Source of the DNA: Octopus sinensis
Lineage: Eukaryota
Direction: 5' to 3'
DNA: 64,000 nt
NCBI RefSeq assembly: GCF_006345805.1
Contig: NC_042998.1
Location: 77,934,001 to 77,998,000, forward strand
Position 1 is the stretch's first letter; every line of letters begins with the position of its first letter. Both the position numbers and the translations under genes were made by a program. Positions 40,361-53,299 of this stretch are shown here, one piece after another. Under the pieces are notes generated by a model. It ran no database searches, had not been told where the DNA came from, and was given only the letters and a program-made list of their open reading frames with translations.

Positions 40361-40668
40361 TACATTGCTAAAAATAAAGCTACACAGTTCCAATGCTGTA
40401 GTTAAAAATTGTATACATGTGTATTGACAGGGACTGTAATCACCCGAAAGCACCGTTCAAGTATTCCTTGTTCTGATCGGTCAGCTTCGGCTAATTTCGA
40501 GCGGTCCCTATTGATGAGGCTACGGAGTTAGCCGAAACTTACCGATCAATATAAGGAATTCTCGACCAGTACTTTCGGGAGATTACAGTGCCTGTCAGTA
40601 CATACGTATACAGTAATATGCTTTAACTACAACGTTAGAGCATTTTAGCTCTTATCTCCAGCAATGTA
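40361..40668. repeat. ~308-bp imperfect palindrome with a hammerhead core at its apex
   Basis: The ~140-bp arms align over their length (tacattgct..gactgtaatc.cccgaaag..ttcggctaa versus reverse complement). The apex holds TTGATGA GGCTA cggagt TAGCC GAAAC ttaccg ATC (40511-40547). Confidence 0.9.
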
Positions 40669-40726
40669 TGTGTGTGCGTGATATATATATTTATACATAT
40701 ATAATATGTGTGTATTTATATATATA

Positions 40727-41123
40727 CTAGCAGTATCGCCCGGCGTTGCTCGGGTTTGTAAGGGAAATAACTATATAAGCATTTTTAGAGAGTTATAGCC
40801 AAAAAATAGCAAAAAATGCATTAAAAATGGAAAAAAAATTAAGGTAAATTTTTTTTTAAATCGTTGACACATCGTAGATATTTTTAGAGAGTTACTTCCC
40901 TTATATAATAGCGAAAAAAATGCATTAATATGGAAAAATATGATGGTAAATTTTTTTTAAATCGTAGACTCATCGTAGACGCACGCTATTACCCAGACGG
41001 GCTCGATATGAATCACGACTATAAGATACCCGGTTTTGGTTACACTGCACCGCAAAATGTGGGAGTAGTTAGGAATCTAAATCGTAGGAGACAGACACAC
41101 AACTTCACTTTTATATATAAAGA
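40727..41123 (-). mobile_element. Non-autonomous Helitron, both ends intact
   Basis: Minus strand reads A|TCtttatatataaaag..gtgtgtctgtct.., then the subterminal hairpin cccgagcaacgccggg (40739-40754), then CTAG|T. It sits in an AT site without a TSD and has an internal ~100-bp tandem duplication. Confidence 0.9.
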
Positions 41124-41609
41124 TATAAGCCACGTAGTTATATACACATACTTTGTTATATACACATTCTTAAAAGAAAATGTTATTTTATAAAGAATAA
41201 AATATTTTTGGGTTTTTCTTTTAAACGGATGCATACATTTATTAATAACTATATATAAGTGTCGTCTGTTTATACATAAACACTGTTTCATACTGCAAGC
41301 TCGGCTCGCCAATTAATACTACCAAAATTTAACGACAGAAAGTAAAATAAAAACCAATTTACCTTTTCTGTATTGTTATATCAATTCGACCGTCCGTGTG
41401 TCTTTGCAAATGTGTTGGAATGAGAAGTGAGTTGTGTTTTGGCGCCTTTTTTACTAATACAACACACGTGTTTGTATGTAGTTGTTTGAAACGTTTGTGT
41501 TTGTCACTGTCTATATGTATGTGTATGCGTGTGTGTGAGGAATGACACACACACACTCACGCACGCACACATGTACATCAATGCTTTTGGAGTGAAATGT
41601 TAAAATATT

Positions 41610-42115
41610 GAGTTTTCTCGAATTTTGTCTTAATTGGGGGTAAAATTGAAAGAAATTTTGTATGGCATGACCCAATGGAAGTACTTTGAAAAATCATGGG
41701 TAAACTCTCATTGAAGAAATTGTGTGAGGAGTAAATCGTTATGTATTTATTTGTTTCTGTTTGCTGTGTTTTTTTTAGTAGTGGTTTAAGGTACACTTCT
41801 CTCGTTTTATTGAAATAGTTTCACTTTAATCGTTGCAAACTTGCAAAGAGAAAGTCGTAGAAATTAGAGTGATAGCGTGAGTGAATCAGATCGCTCCCTT
41901 TTTGTGTGTGTGTGTGTGCGTGTGCTATAGCCCACACTAAGAAAAGCACTTGACTCACACACCACAATGTGAGTTTTCTCTAAATTTTGCTTAATTGGGG
42001 TTGAAATTTTAAAAACTGGACCTGGCACGACCCGATGCATTCTACTCTTAAAAATGCTAGGTAAATTGTAATTGAAGAAATCCTATATTGTAGATTTCTA
42101 TAAGAGACAAAGGAT
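41610..42115 (+). repeat. Two diverged ~110-bp repeat units (41610-41722, 41970-42085)
   Basis: gagttttctc..aattttg.cttaattgggg..tggca.gaccc.atg..aaaaat...ggtaaa....attgaagaaat occurs twice; probably TE remnants. Confidence 0.7.
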
Positions 42116-42392
42116 ACATATATATGCATGCACGCACGAGGACACACATGCATACATGGTAACATGCATATACGTCGCACATACGCATACATTCAAATAT
42201 ACATACAAAATGGCTTCTTCGTTACAGCATCAGATAAATTTTAGTAAACGCCCCGGCTCTGTTTCAAATACTGCCCTGTTGAACTTTGCATTTCATCACT
42301 CAGCGACGTTTGGTTACTAATTATATACTATTTTAAGTCTTCTTTCTCTTTAACTGTCCCTCATTGTATTCTCACGCTCACACACGCACCCC

Positions 42393-42428
<36 letters not shown>

Positions 42429-43001
42429 GTCGTTCTCTGAAAGAAATAATCTTTCGTCATAGACGTTGAATAATGGGCTCTGCAAAGCCTGAAAATACCC
42501 CAAACACGTGAACTGCCACGATGGAATTCGAGATAATTTATCATGGTTTGTGGGCCCAAGAGAGGACAAGGTCAGGTATACATACACACACACACACACA
42601 CACCACACACACACACACACACACGCGCATGCATGCATCTATGTCATCTGTCGTGATGATTTTCCAGGAAATCCCTCAAGATTTGACGTCATAAGATGTA
42701 TGTATGTGTGTGTGTATGTATGTATGCATGTATGAATGTGTGTACGTAGAAAGAGGCAAGGACAGAGGGACATACATAAAAAAAACGGTAATGGAGTGAG
42801 GAGAGAGTACTCAACACAGGCTGGTAGTCTATAAATACATTTTATGCAAATAAAAGGCAACCACCTTTTGTTTATCGTTGTTTATCTTGGCTCGCATCCA
42901 GACATCTGATCGACTAAAGAATTACAGTAGACCAGCTCTCCACTACCAGAGAGACAAGTGTCTGTGAAATGAACTTGACTTATACACACACACACACACA
43001 C

Positions 43002-43039
<38 letters not shown>

Positions 43040-43345
43040 ATATATATTGATAGATAGACAGACAAATAGATACATATCTAAGCAGATAGGTGTATAATCC
43101 AAGCTGTCTTCTCGTAGCATATCTTTTGTGTGCCTGTGTATGTATAATTGTATATACGTGTATAGTTGCATGTACGTGTTTTTTATGTCAATATGTGGAT
43201 ATGAATATTCTTTTATTCTTTTACTTGTTCCAGTCATTTGACTGCAGCAATGCTGGAGCACAAACATATATGTGTGTATAAATGTATGTATGTATGTATG
43301 TATGTATGTATGTATGTATGTATGTATGTATGTATGTATGTATAT

Positions 43346-43389
<44 letters not shown>

Positions 43390-43391
<2 letters not shown>

Positions 43392-43554
43392 CGCAGGAGT
43401 GGCTGCGTGGTAAGTAGCTTTTTTACCAACCACATAGTTCCGGGTTCAGTCCCACTGCGTGGCACCTTGGGCGAGTGTCTTCTACTATAGCTTCGGGCCG
43501 ACCAAAGCCTTGTGAGTGGATTTGGTAGACGGAAACTGAAAGAAGCCTGTCGTA

Positions 43555-43587
<33 letters not shown>

Positions 43588-43810
43588 GCGTGTGTGTGCC
43601 TGTATGTCTGTGTTTGTCCCCCTAGCATTGCTTGACAATCGATGCTGGTGTGTTTATGTCCCCGTTACTTAGCGGTTCGGCAAAAGAGACCGATAGAGTA
43701 AGTACTGGGCTTACAAAAGAATAAGTCCCGGGGTCGAGTTGCTCGATTAAAGGTGGTGCTCCAGCATGGCCGCAGTCAAATGACTGAAACAAGTAAAAGA
43801 GTAAAAGAGT
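43390..43810 (+). mobile_element. SINE family A, full length
   Basis: Complete copy inserted in (TA)n. Confidence 0.95.
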
Positions 43811-43815
43811 ATATA

Positions 43816-43985
43816 TATTCTTTTATTATTTCTATTTGTTTCAATCATTTGATTGGGGCCATGCTAGAGCACAGCCTTTAGTTGAACAAATCGACCTCAG
43901 GAGTTATTGTAATGGTCTCTTTTGCCCAACCGCTAATTTACACACCAACATCGGTTGTCATGCGATGGCGGGGGAGAAACACACA
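43816..43985 (-). mobile_element. SINE family A, 3' half, tail-to-tail with the previous copy
   Basis: tttgtttcaatcatttga..ggccatgctagagcacagcctttag.. ; a further 3' tip lies at 43205-43262 (-). Confidence 0.85.
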
Positions 43986-44038
43986 CACACACATACATAC
44001 ACACACACATATATATATATATATTCTTCTTCTTCGTC

Positions 44039-44097
<59 letters not shown>

Positions 44098-44115
44098 GTT
44101 ATTATTATTATTATT

Positions 44116-44652
44116 AAGTGAGAGAGCTGTGCATGTCATCAAAGTGACATTGGGAAAAATATACGAAGCCCAGTATACTCATCATGACCACCCGTCTGAT
44201 AAGGATACACCAGGCACGTGCATCACAACCATATGTGCGCGACATAGTAATCTCATATCAAGATAAACAGTGCATGACCTTGCAGGTGGGGCCCAGTTAA
44301 AAATTTATTCTGGTCGAGTAACCCATCCCGCTCAAATGGTCCCTGAATAAGGGTTGTTTAAGGATGTTGAACGAAACACCCATGTTTCCAGAGGTGAATT
44401 ATTCAAACCCCAAAGAATCCCTCTCAACACATGGCTATGATGATCCCCCACTACTTCTGCTCATGATCAGAGATGCACATATTGTCAGTCACTAAGGGAC
44501 ATGCTCAACTGGTTACGGTCAAACAATTGACAAGCAAATCTGTGGTATTAAGCAGAATATTTGCTGTAGCCCATCTTTTAGACCAAGACAAAACATGTAC
44601 ATGAAAATACTTCCAATCAGTTAAGATCAGAAGCCACAGACCCAATGCCTGC
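44116..44652 (-). mobile_element. Interspersed repeat abutting an (ATT)n array, possibly a LINE 3' region
   Basis: A GC-richer 540-bp block starting exactly at the end of (ATT)n 44038-44115; family not identified. Confidence 0.45.
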
Positions 44653-44924
44653 TCTCTTTGTTGTTGTTGTGGTTGTTGTTGTTCTTTTTGCCGTCGTCGT
44701 TGCTGTTGTGGCTGCGGCTGGTTTTTCGTCTTTCGCTCTTCTATCTCTGGTTGTATCGACTTTGCCTTTGATCGATTCAGTGTCTATATAATTAGTACCT
44801 GTTATCTATTGGAGTCAATGAATGCAATAGTCTCACTTCAGAAATTATACATATCATTCAAATCGCTTATATAATTTTTATAGTAATTTTTATATTATTA
44901 TTACTATTATCGTTTACTTTTACG

Positions 44925-45110
44925 CGGTGAGCTGAGTGAATCGTTACCGCAGCGGGGAAAATGTTGAGCGGCATTTCGTCCATCCTTACATTCAAATTTC
45001 ATTCTTCAGCGGTCAATAAAATAAGTACCAGTCGAGTATCGCTGTCGGTGTAATCGACTTACCCCTGCCCCAAAATTGCTGGCCTTGGGCCAAAATTTAA
45101 AATCCTTATT
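44925..45110 (+). mobile_element. SINE family B
   Basis: gcggtgagctgagtgaatcgtta..ataagtaccagt..gccaaaatttaaaat. Confidence 0.85.
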
Positions 45111-45705
45111 ATCGTTTACATTTTAATTTTGATATTTTGATATTTTTTACAAAATATTTTGATATTTTGATATTTTTTACAAATACATTCTACTATAATT
45201 GCATTCTTTAAAAAAACACATTTCCATTAAAAATTCTAAACTTGCTTATGCATATATAACTACTCATATGCATAAATGAATACATCTTTGTGTATCTGTC
45301 TGTGACTATGTAGGGGGGTATAAATGTGTGTCCGCGAGTGAGTATGTGTATCTACGTATATAGACGCATCACGATGGCTGTATTATTTAGCTGTATATAT
45401 TAATAACAATGATGTGAGAAAATTAGTTTCCTTTTTGAAAATAAAAAAATCGGCGTTTATGATTTTAAATTGCCTGTATACGTATCAGTGATAAACTGTA
45501 TCCTCTTAACACATATTTCTGATTTATTTATTTATCTTTTCTGTGTGTGTGTGTTTACTTCTCTTTATATATGTGCATATGTATAAACATATATAAATAT
45601 ATGCAGGAATGTACGAAATTTAGTTATTAATAATTAAGATATGTGTCTATCCATATATATGTATGTATGTATGAATGTATGTAGTAAATGTGCATATATA
45701 TAGCT

Positions 45706-45885
45706 ATTTATTTACTACCGACAAGGGGCTAAACACAGAGAGGACAAACAGGGACAGACAAACGGATTAAGTTGATTACATCCACCTCAGTGCGTAACTG
45801 GTACTTATTTAATCGACCCTGAAAGGATGAAAGGCAATGTTGACCTCGGTGGAATTTGAACTCAGAACGTAACGGCAGACGAAAA
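45706..45885 (-). mobile_element. SINE family B variant with alternative 3' tail
   Basis: The family B body is followed on the minus strand by gtttgtcctctctgtgtttagccccttgtcggtagtaaataaat instead of gtgccaaaatttgaaacc. Confidence 0.8.
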
Positions 45886-45954
45886 TGTGCATGTATATAG
45901 CGTTAGGAAATTTATAAATTATAATGTTAAGTTAAACATTCCTACCATTCATAG

Positions 45955-46490
45955 GAAGATGCAGAAATTTTGAAAATGTCCAAAACTACGGAGGTGAAAT
46001 ATTGGAGATATGGGCTAGAGGTGATAGTCCATATAAGCCTGCCATACCTCCATAAGATTGTAGAAGAGCTGGTTTTGCCGGAAGAGATTAGATTGAGGAT
46101 TTTTGTATGGCGTAAGGGGACACATGAAGTGTCCGTAGAAACACGATGAGGAAATAACAGAAAAAAAATTCAAGAAGAGAGTACAGCCGTATAGGAAGAG
46201 AAAATGGAGGAGCCATTTACGGTGGTGAAAAGAAAAGAGAACTTAGAATCACCGCCAAAAAGCCTCAAGGAGAAAAAAAAAAAGAAAGACAAACGAAGAG
46301 GAGAACAAGAGAGAAAAGAGAAACCAAATGAAAAATTAAGTGTAATGCGAACGCACAAACCGAAGGAGTACGAAAGAAGGAAGGAAACGAAAGAGACAGC
46401 GAATTAGAGATAGAGAAAATTATGATGGACGAAGAGAATCAAAAGAAATCGAGTTGCAAATGGTTTATGCATGAATGAAAACCTTACAAT
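45955..46490 (+). mobile_element. Tx1/L1-like ORF1 remnant
   Basis: EELVLPEEIRLRIFV, then GVRGHMKCP (truncated CCHC knuckle), then a K/E-rich tail containing FTVVKRK. Confidence 0.5.
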
Positions 46491-46505
46491 GATAGATAGA
46501 TAGAC

Positions 46506-46583
<78 letters not shown>

Positions 46584-46987
46584 GTTTCTTTATTGGCCAC
46601 ACAGGGCTGCACACAGATGGGACAAGTTACAAGGTAGACCTTTTCTTTTGGGGGATGAAAAAAACAAAAAACAAAAGAAACAAAAAAAGGGGTGGCGTAG
46701 GTTTTCGATCAAGAGGGATCGTAAAAGGGAAGAAAAGAACAAAAAAAATAATAAAATAAAATAAAAAATTAAAAAATTAAAATAAAAAGAAAAGAAAAGG
46801 AAAAGGAACAAAAGAAAACAGAAATGAAAAAAAAAGAAAAAAGGGGAAAAAAAGGGGAAGAGGAAAAAACGATCAATAGGGATCGTGTATCACAGTGTTG
46901 TGATATATGATGTAAAGGGGAAACCAAGTAAGGTTTATCCGTGGGAAGAAAAGCCTACAAAAAGACCACGGTAACCTTGGTCAATAT
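46584..46987 (-). mobile_element. Tx1-like LINE 3' end embedded in (GATA)n, copy 3
   Basis: Diverged homologue of the 23703 and 23962 copies; (AGAT)n at 46491-46582 and 46989-47052. Confidence 0.7.
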
Positions 46988-47053
<66 letters not shown>

Positions 47054-47204
47054 CATAGATGATGGATGCGTGGATGGAGAGTGTGTGTGTATATGAGAGA
47101 AAGAGAGTCTGTGTGTGTGAGAGAGAGGTGGGGGTTAATTTGAATTTCGAAGAACCTCACATAGTGACAAGAAAAGTTATTATTCAAAGATAAACGCAGA
47201 AAGC

Positions 47205-47412
47205 ATCTAGAACTGTTAGCATGTCGGATAAAATGTTTGTCTGTAATCCTTCCTGCTTTACACCTTGAGCTCAAATTCCACCAACATTTACTTGGCCTTT
47301 CATCTTTTCGGGGTTGATAAACTAAGAACCAGTCGAGCACTAAGGCCGATGTAATCGACCTTTTCCCCACCCCTAAAATTGGTGGCCTCGTGCCAAAATG
47401 TGAAACCATTAA
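47205..47412 (+). mobile_element. SINE family B
   Basis: gcctttcatcttttcggggttgataaa..gtgccaaaatgtgaaacc. Confidence 0.85.
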
Positions 47413-47454
47413 TCACAGAAGGAGAATACGTTTATTTCAGAGAAGGAGAGCAGT

Positions 47455-47492
<38 letters not shown>

Positions 47493-48434
47493 GGAGAGGC
47501 AAGGAAAAGAGTATAAATATATTGATAAAAGAAGAAGAAAAGGAAGAAAGGAAGTGATAGAGAAGTGAAAGACATTTTATGTTTATTTATGTGCATATCA
47601 TCGACCATTCTCTTGGTAACTACAGAATAATTCATAACACTGCAAATTGTATAAGCTTCTCAAGGAGCCAGTCTGAAAACGAAGGTAATACAATATATGA
47701 ATTATTTGTATATACGTGTATGTCTACGTCTATATATCTGTAAGTATTTTTGTGTTAGTGAGTAACGCAAGGGAACGATAAAACTGGGTGGTGTACGCCA
47801 ATGTCAGATTCTTGCATGTAATCTAGTAGACACTGTTTATTAACAAAACAAATGCATATATATATATATATATGCACACACACACACACACGTGTAGCAT
47901 TAATAAATCATTACAGTGTCAGCATGCGTAAGATTGTTTATGTATATACATGCACTCACATATATGTGTATGTACGTTAGCATGTTATGTTAATTCTCGT
48001 CATCATATACTTATTTGCAGAGGAAACTGCATTAATACTACTTATAATGGAAGATGATAAAAGTGATGATGGTGATGATCATAGTAAAGAATAAAAGAAT
48101 ATAGATACAATATGAAAGGCAACGAGAGAAATAAGGAAAATACACAACATATATAAATATATATGTGAATAGATAACTGTATAGAAAACTACATACGTGG
48201 ATAGAAAAATAGATTGATGATGATGGTATTTCGTGGTGAAGGTATTAAAATAATAAGACTGACCTAAATTAGAAAAGAAAATTAGCAGGGATCCCCAAGG
48301 ACAACGAATTGCTGTATGGTAAGCAAGCGAATACAGAATATACGAAAAAACATTTGAGGTAGAGATTCCAAGCATACAAAGCACTACATACGGTCGCGCG
48401 CACGCTGACACACACATACATACATACATATATT

Positions 48435-48906
<472 letters not shown>

Positions 48907-48923
48907 AATTATATATGATATAT

Positions 48924-48991
<68 letters not shown>

Positions 48992-49234
48992 TCTTAATTT
49001 TGAGATTGCTAGTGTTAGCAGTACTCGCAAATAAAATACAAACTGGAGTTGTAGTGCTCGACGTGACCTATATTTCACTCCTTAATTTCAACGGAGGCAA
49101 TGCAATCGGAAACTAGAGGAACATAATTAAGATCCCCACTTGAAAATCAAATACATACGCACATTCATATATTCTTCCATATTTACATAACGGATATCTA
49201 TATAAATATACATATATATATATATTCCAAATAG

Positions 49235-49272
<38 letters not shown>

Positions 49273-49884
49273 TATATATATAGATAAAAATCGGTGTTAT
49301 ACATAAAACACAGTGAATTTACATTGGTGTAATTAAAAATTCGGGATGCTAAAACATTAAAAAGATGTATTAAAATCCCCCGAAAAATAATACAAAAATT
49401 TAAAGTTCCATCTACAGGCCGTTCCAGAGACGTGCCAAGTAATATGATATATTTCATATTTTCAAAACTGACACTCCCTTCCTTAGGAAGTTTTTACACA
49501 CAATGTACAAAAACAAATACAGAAATACTATTATACAATTACATGCCAGCCATCTGTGATGGCTGTTACATAATTGTGTGAGCGTGCGTACTGTAGACAT
49601 GTATGTTATGCGTTGGCTTGTAAGTTATGTATATGGGTGTGTGGGAGTGTACGAAGGATAGGTGGTAAGAGAAAACAGAAAGAACAGCAGCGAAAAGGAT
49701 AATAAGAGGAGTTACAAGAAGGAGGTGAGTGTTAAGTCCAAATAGTGTATCAGTACGTAGCATGAAAATTAAACGTGGCGCCTGGCGAAGTTTGGTGATG
49801 GTTGTTCCAAGCTGTATGTGCGTATGTACATGTGTGTGCGCGTATAATATGTATGTATATATGTATATATATGTATATATATGT

Positions 49885-49948
<64 letters not shown>

Positions 49949-49982
49949 TATTTAAATATATATATATATATATATATATACC

Positions 49983-50195
49983 ATTCATAATTAAGGGCAA
50001 ACGAAAAAATTTCTACTGCCAGATATGCCGAAAAATTGGACATATTGTCCATCAACCAGATAATTTCTTCACAATATGTACGCTACTCGAAGTAGCGTGC
50101 ATATTGTGAAAAAATTATCTGGTTGATGGACAATATGTCCAATTTTTCGGCATATCTGGCAGTAGAAATTTTTTCGTTTGCCCTTAATTATGAAT
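49983..50195. repeat. Near-perfect 213-bp palindrome
   Basis: 105-bp arms (49983-50087, 50091-50195), a 3-nt loop (cga) and 2 mismatches; the ORF track shows the same peptide MMDNMSNFSAYLAVEIFSFALNYE on both strands. Confidence 0.97.
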
Positions 50196-50324
50196 TGTTT
50201 ATAGATTTAACCTTTAAAGGTATTTTTTTCATATGCTGGCCATTGATAAAATTTCTTTTGAAAAGGAATATATATTTTTCGAAAAAAAAAAAAAAAAGAA
50301 ATTTTATGCTTTATTAGATATATA

Positions 50325-50365
<41 letters not shown>

Positions 50366-50368
<3 letters not shown>

Positions 50369-50640
50369 CAATGCTATTGTCAGTCTGAATATGCTTCACG
50401 TACGTATGAACTGAGGAACAATCTACTCGCTGCATTTTGTCACGGAGAATATATCTCCCTTGTTGACAAATAGTGTGTATACACTTGATCAGCTCGCAGC
50501 GCTATACAGTGGTTCACTGTAAGTAAATTACGGAGGGGGAGCGCTAAGCAGAGATAAGTGAAATTGCGATGTAGTTATCAGTCCGAATATGCTTGATGCA
50601 CGTTCGAACTGGGGACAAGCTGCTCACTGGATTTTGTAAC
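50366..50640 (+). repeat. Diverged ~77-bp direct repeat pair (50366-50443, 50564-50640)
   Basis: ttgc.atg...tt.tcagtc.gaatatgctt.a.g.acgt..gaactg.gg.acaa.ct.ctc.ctg.attttgt.ac occurs twice. Confidence 0.8.
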
Positions 50641-51584
50641 ACACACACACATATATATATGTATGTATTCGCAATATCAGGGAATGTTTTTCATTATACT
50701 CCTACATACCGGAGGAGATAACTCTCATCTAAGCTTTTACCTGGCTCTGAGCAACTTACAAGGCACAACATGACCGAAGTTCACCTGGAGTACTCGCTAG
50801 CCACTGCTGGGACGATTTTGCTATCTCTCCGATCTTATAATTTTAAACGCAGCATGTCAATAAGAAATTTCTTCACAGGACGCACCATGGCAACATATCT
50901 GCATTTCACCGACATATTTCCGTTAAGCATGATTTCTGTCAATTGAAACCGTGCAAAAGTAGCCTTCATACACTTAAGGCTTATTTACATGTGTTTTAAA
51001 CAGGTGTAACAATGTTCGGTTTATCTCACACCAGACTTCCACAAATATTTGCCGGGTAACGTTTTTCTCTCTCCGTTTCAAACATCGTGTAGATCAATGA
51101 CAATCGGTAATCACTGAGTGCGATCGTACAATCATGATGTCCATAAAGTTTGTGTACTGGTTAAGTTACTGTCGAAAATCATTGGTGCTAGAGCTGACCA
51201 TCGTAATAGCCTCTGTGTGGTGGCTTAATCTGATAGATATAGAAACCAGTTCGTCCTGAAGTTATACACTGTTGTCTTCAATAGAATAATATATTCACAC
51301 TGGCCAATATAATACCTGATAGATAGAAAGGTGGGTGAATCATGGTTGGAATTTCTTTAAACATAGTCTGACGTGGAGAGAAACAGCTTCATCAACTAAA
51401 CTGATATTGATATCCTGTTGGTTGGTATCATATCATATGCACTGTATAGTGTTTATAACCCGGATGGTGAACTTTCAAGGCCTCAGTATCATGCTATAAG
51501 TACATCCCACCACTTTTCTTTGGCATTTGAAATTTTAGCATTAATTAACTACGGTGCGAAATGTTCCCTATCAAATGTCTTGCC

Positions 51585-51623
<39 letters not shown>

Positions 51624-53299
51624 TAGGAAATCTAAAATGGTGCTCCTATGTCACATCTTCGAATGAAGTTATCTGCGTATTTCCGCTTTTTATCTAAATA
51701 TACAATCTACTCACACTATTAGACAGATTGAACACATTCAGCATGTTATAAATAATCTGCAAAAACATGTCCTAATGATAAATATATTCCTTCATCTTTA
51801 GTGAGGAACAGCATCATAAGCATAAATTTTCTAGGTGATTATTCTACTTCAAATTTCGCTTGTAATCAGTGTCAGTAATAATTCAGTATATGCCATTAGT
51901 TGCATAATCGGAGATAAGCATACAAATATCAATATATACACATATATTCCTACAAACACTATTCTGCGCTTCTTTGCAAGCGCATAAATAGATTTGCATA
52001 GAGAATATGCACGAATTTTGCGTTGGATATAAATAAGCAAGTTTACCTAACACAGCCATGAATTATGGTAAGTTACAGCCAATTAAATGACCCGCTACTG
52101 GCAAGCTTAAAGCTCTCTCTTATAAACAAACTGCAGAACTTTGACAACTTACCAAATTCAAATTTCATATCTCTTCTAATTATCTAACGGCAGAACGGCT
52201 ACGAAGTGTAGCTTGTGTTTGCATGTCTAGAGCTGTTGAGACGTATTCAAATGAAACCAATGAAATTACGTAAATTTGTTTAAAATGCCATCTGCAATAT
52301 AACTATTCGGTTACATAGGCAAAATATATTTAATCATTATCACAATAAAAATTCTTAAATATATTGACATAAAATTTAAAATGCGAAAATTAATACGAGT
52401 TGATTATTGATATTATTTCCATTGGCTAATACGAGAGAGAACTCCCATGTTTTAAAATTCTGTCCAGGTTTATTAGTGAAGTGTAAGGTTTTCGTCATTC
52501 GCCGAAATGTTATCGAACGAAATGCCAAGTTCATTTGTTATCGCAGTGGAAAAGAATTGTTGAAAACAGCAACATACGAAAATGGGATGCTGTGAGTTTG
52601 ATAGGCTAACATTTATGCAAATGAATGTCTATTAAACTATTAAAACATTCTGATATGTAAATATGTAGTAAACGTGATGATGACTACACTAGTCGTAAAC
52701 ATACTATTAATGGATTAATGAATATATTTTTCTTTCACTACATACCTAAATATGTAAATTCTTGTTTTAATCATAAAATATGACTTCACATATCTACATT
52801 TTTCATTTACCAATGTCGAGTTGGTAAAAATGAGCGTTTGGAACTCGTAACATATGTCGAGCGTTTTCTTCTACGTGAGATTTAAAAATACTGACTCACA
52901 TTTCTTGTACTAAAGTTTCGACTCATACATAAATTAGCTTTCAGACAGATTTCAATATTTAAAAGGGTACAAATAACATGCTAACAGTGCACATTGATTT
53001 TATTTTTATTATAGACGTCTCACACTGAGATTGTCGATTGAAGATATTGGGTCTACCGGAGGCTGTACTATTTGTTAAGTCACAACAGGTTTTCTTTATT
53101 TCCTTATAAAATGATACATAGAGGGGACAAACAATGACAGACAAGGGACATATAGGGGTCAGACGCACTCGTTACACAAATTTAAAGCGGATGGGTTTAT
53201 AGATATGTAAGACGAATGATTTGAATTAAAAAATATAAATGATAATTATATGACTGTTTATTCAGGTCAGTGAACTAACCAGCCGGTTGATTTCCTTTT

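Noticed and set aside
40930-41193. 87-aa ORF
   Set aside because: Antisense to the non-autonomous Helitron and runs past its end; no RepHel similarity seen.
45125-45187. ~31-bp tandem duplication of tttgatattttgatattttttacaaaata
   Set aside because: Ordinary slippage in AT-rich DNA.
49060-49110. Minus-strand ctcc..ggagt GAAA tatag GTC
   Set aside because: Lacks CUGANGA; compatible with chance.
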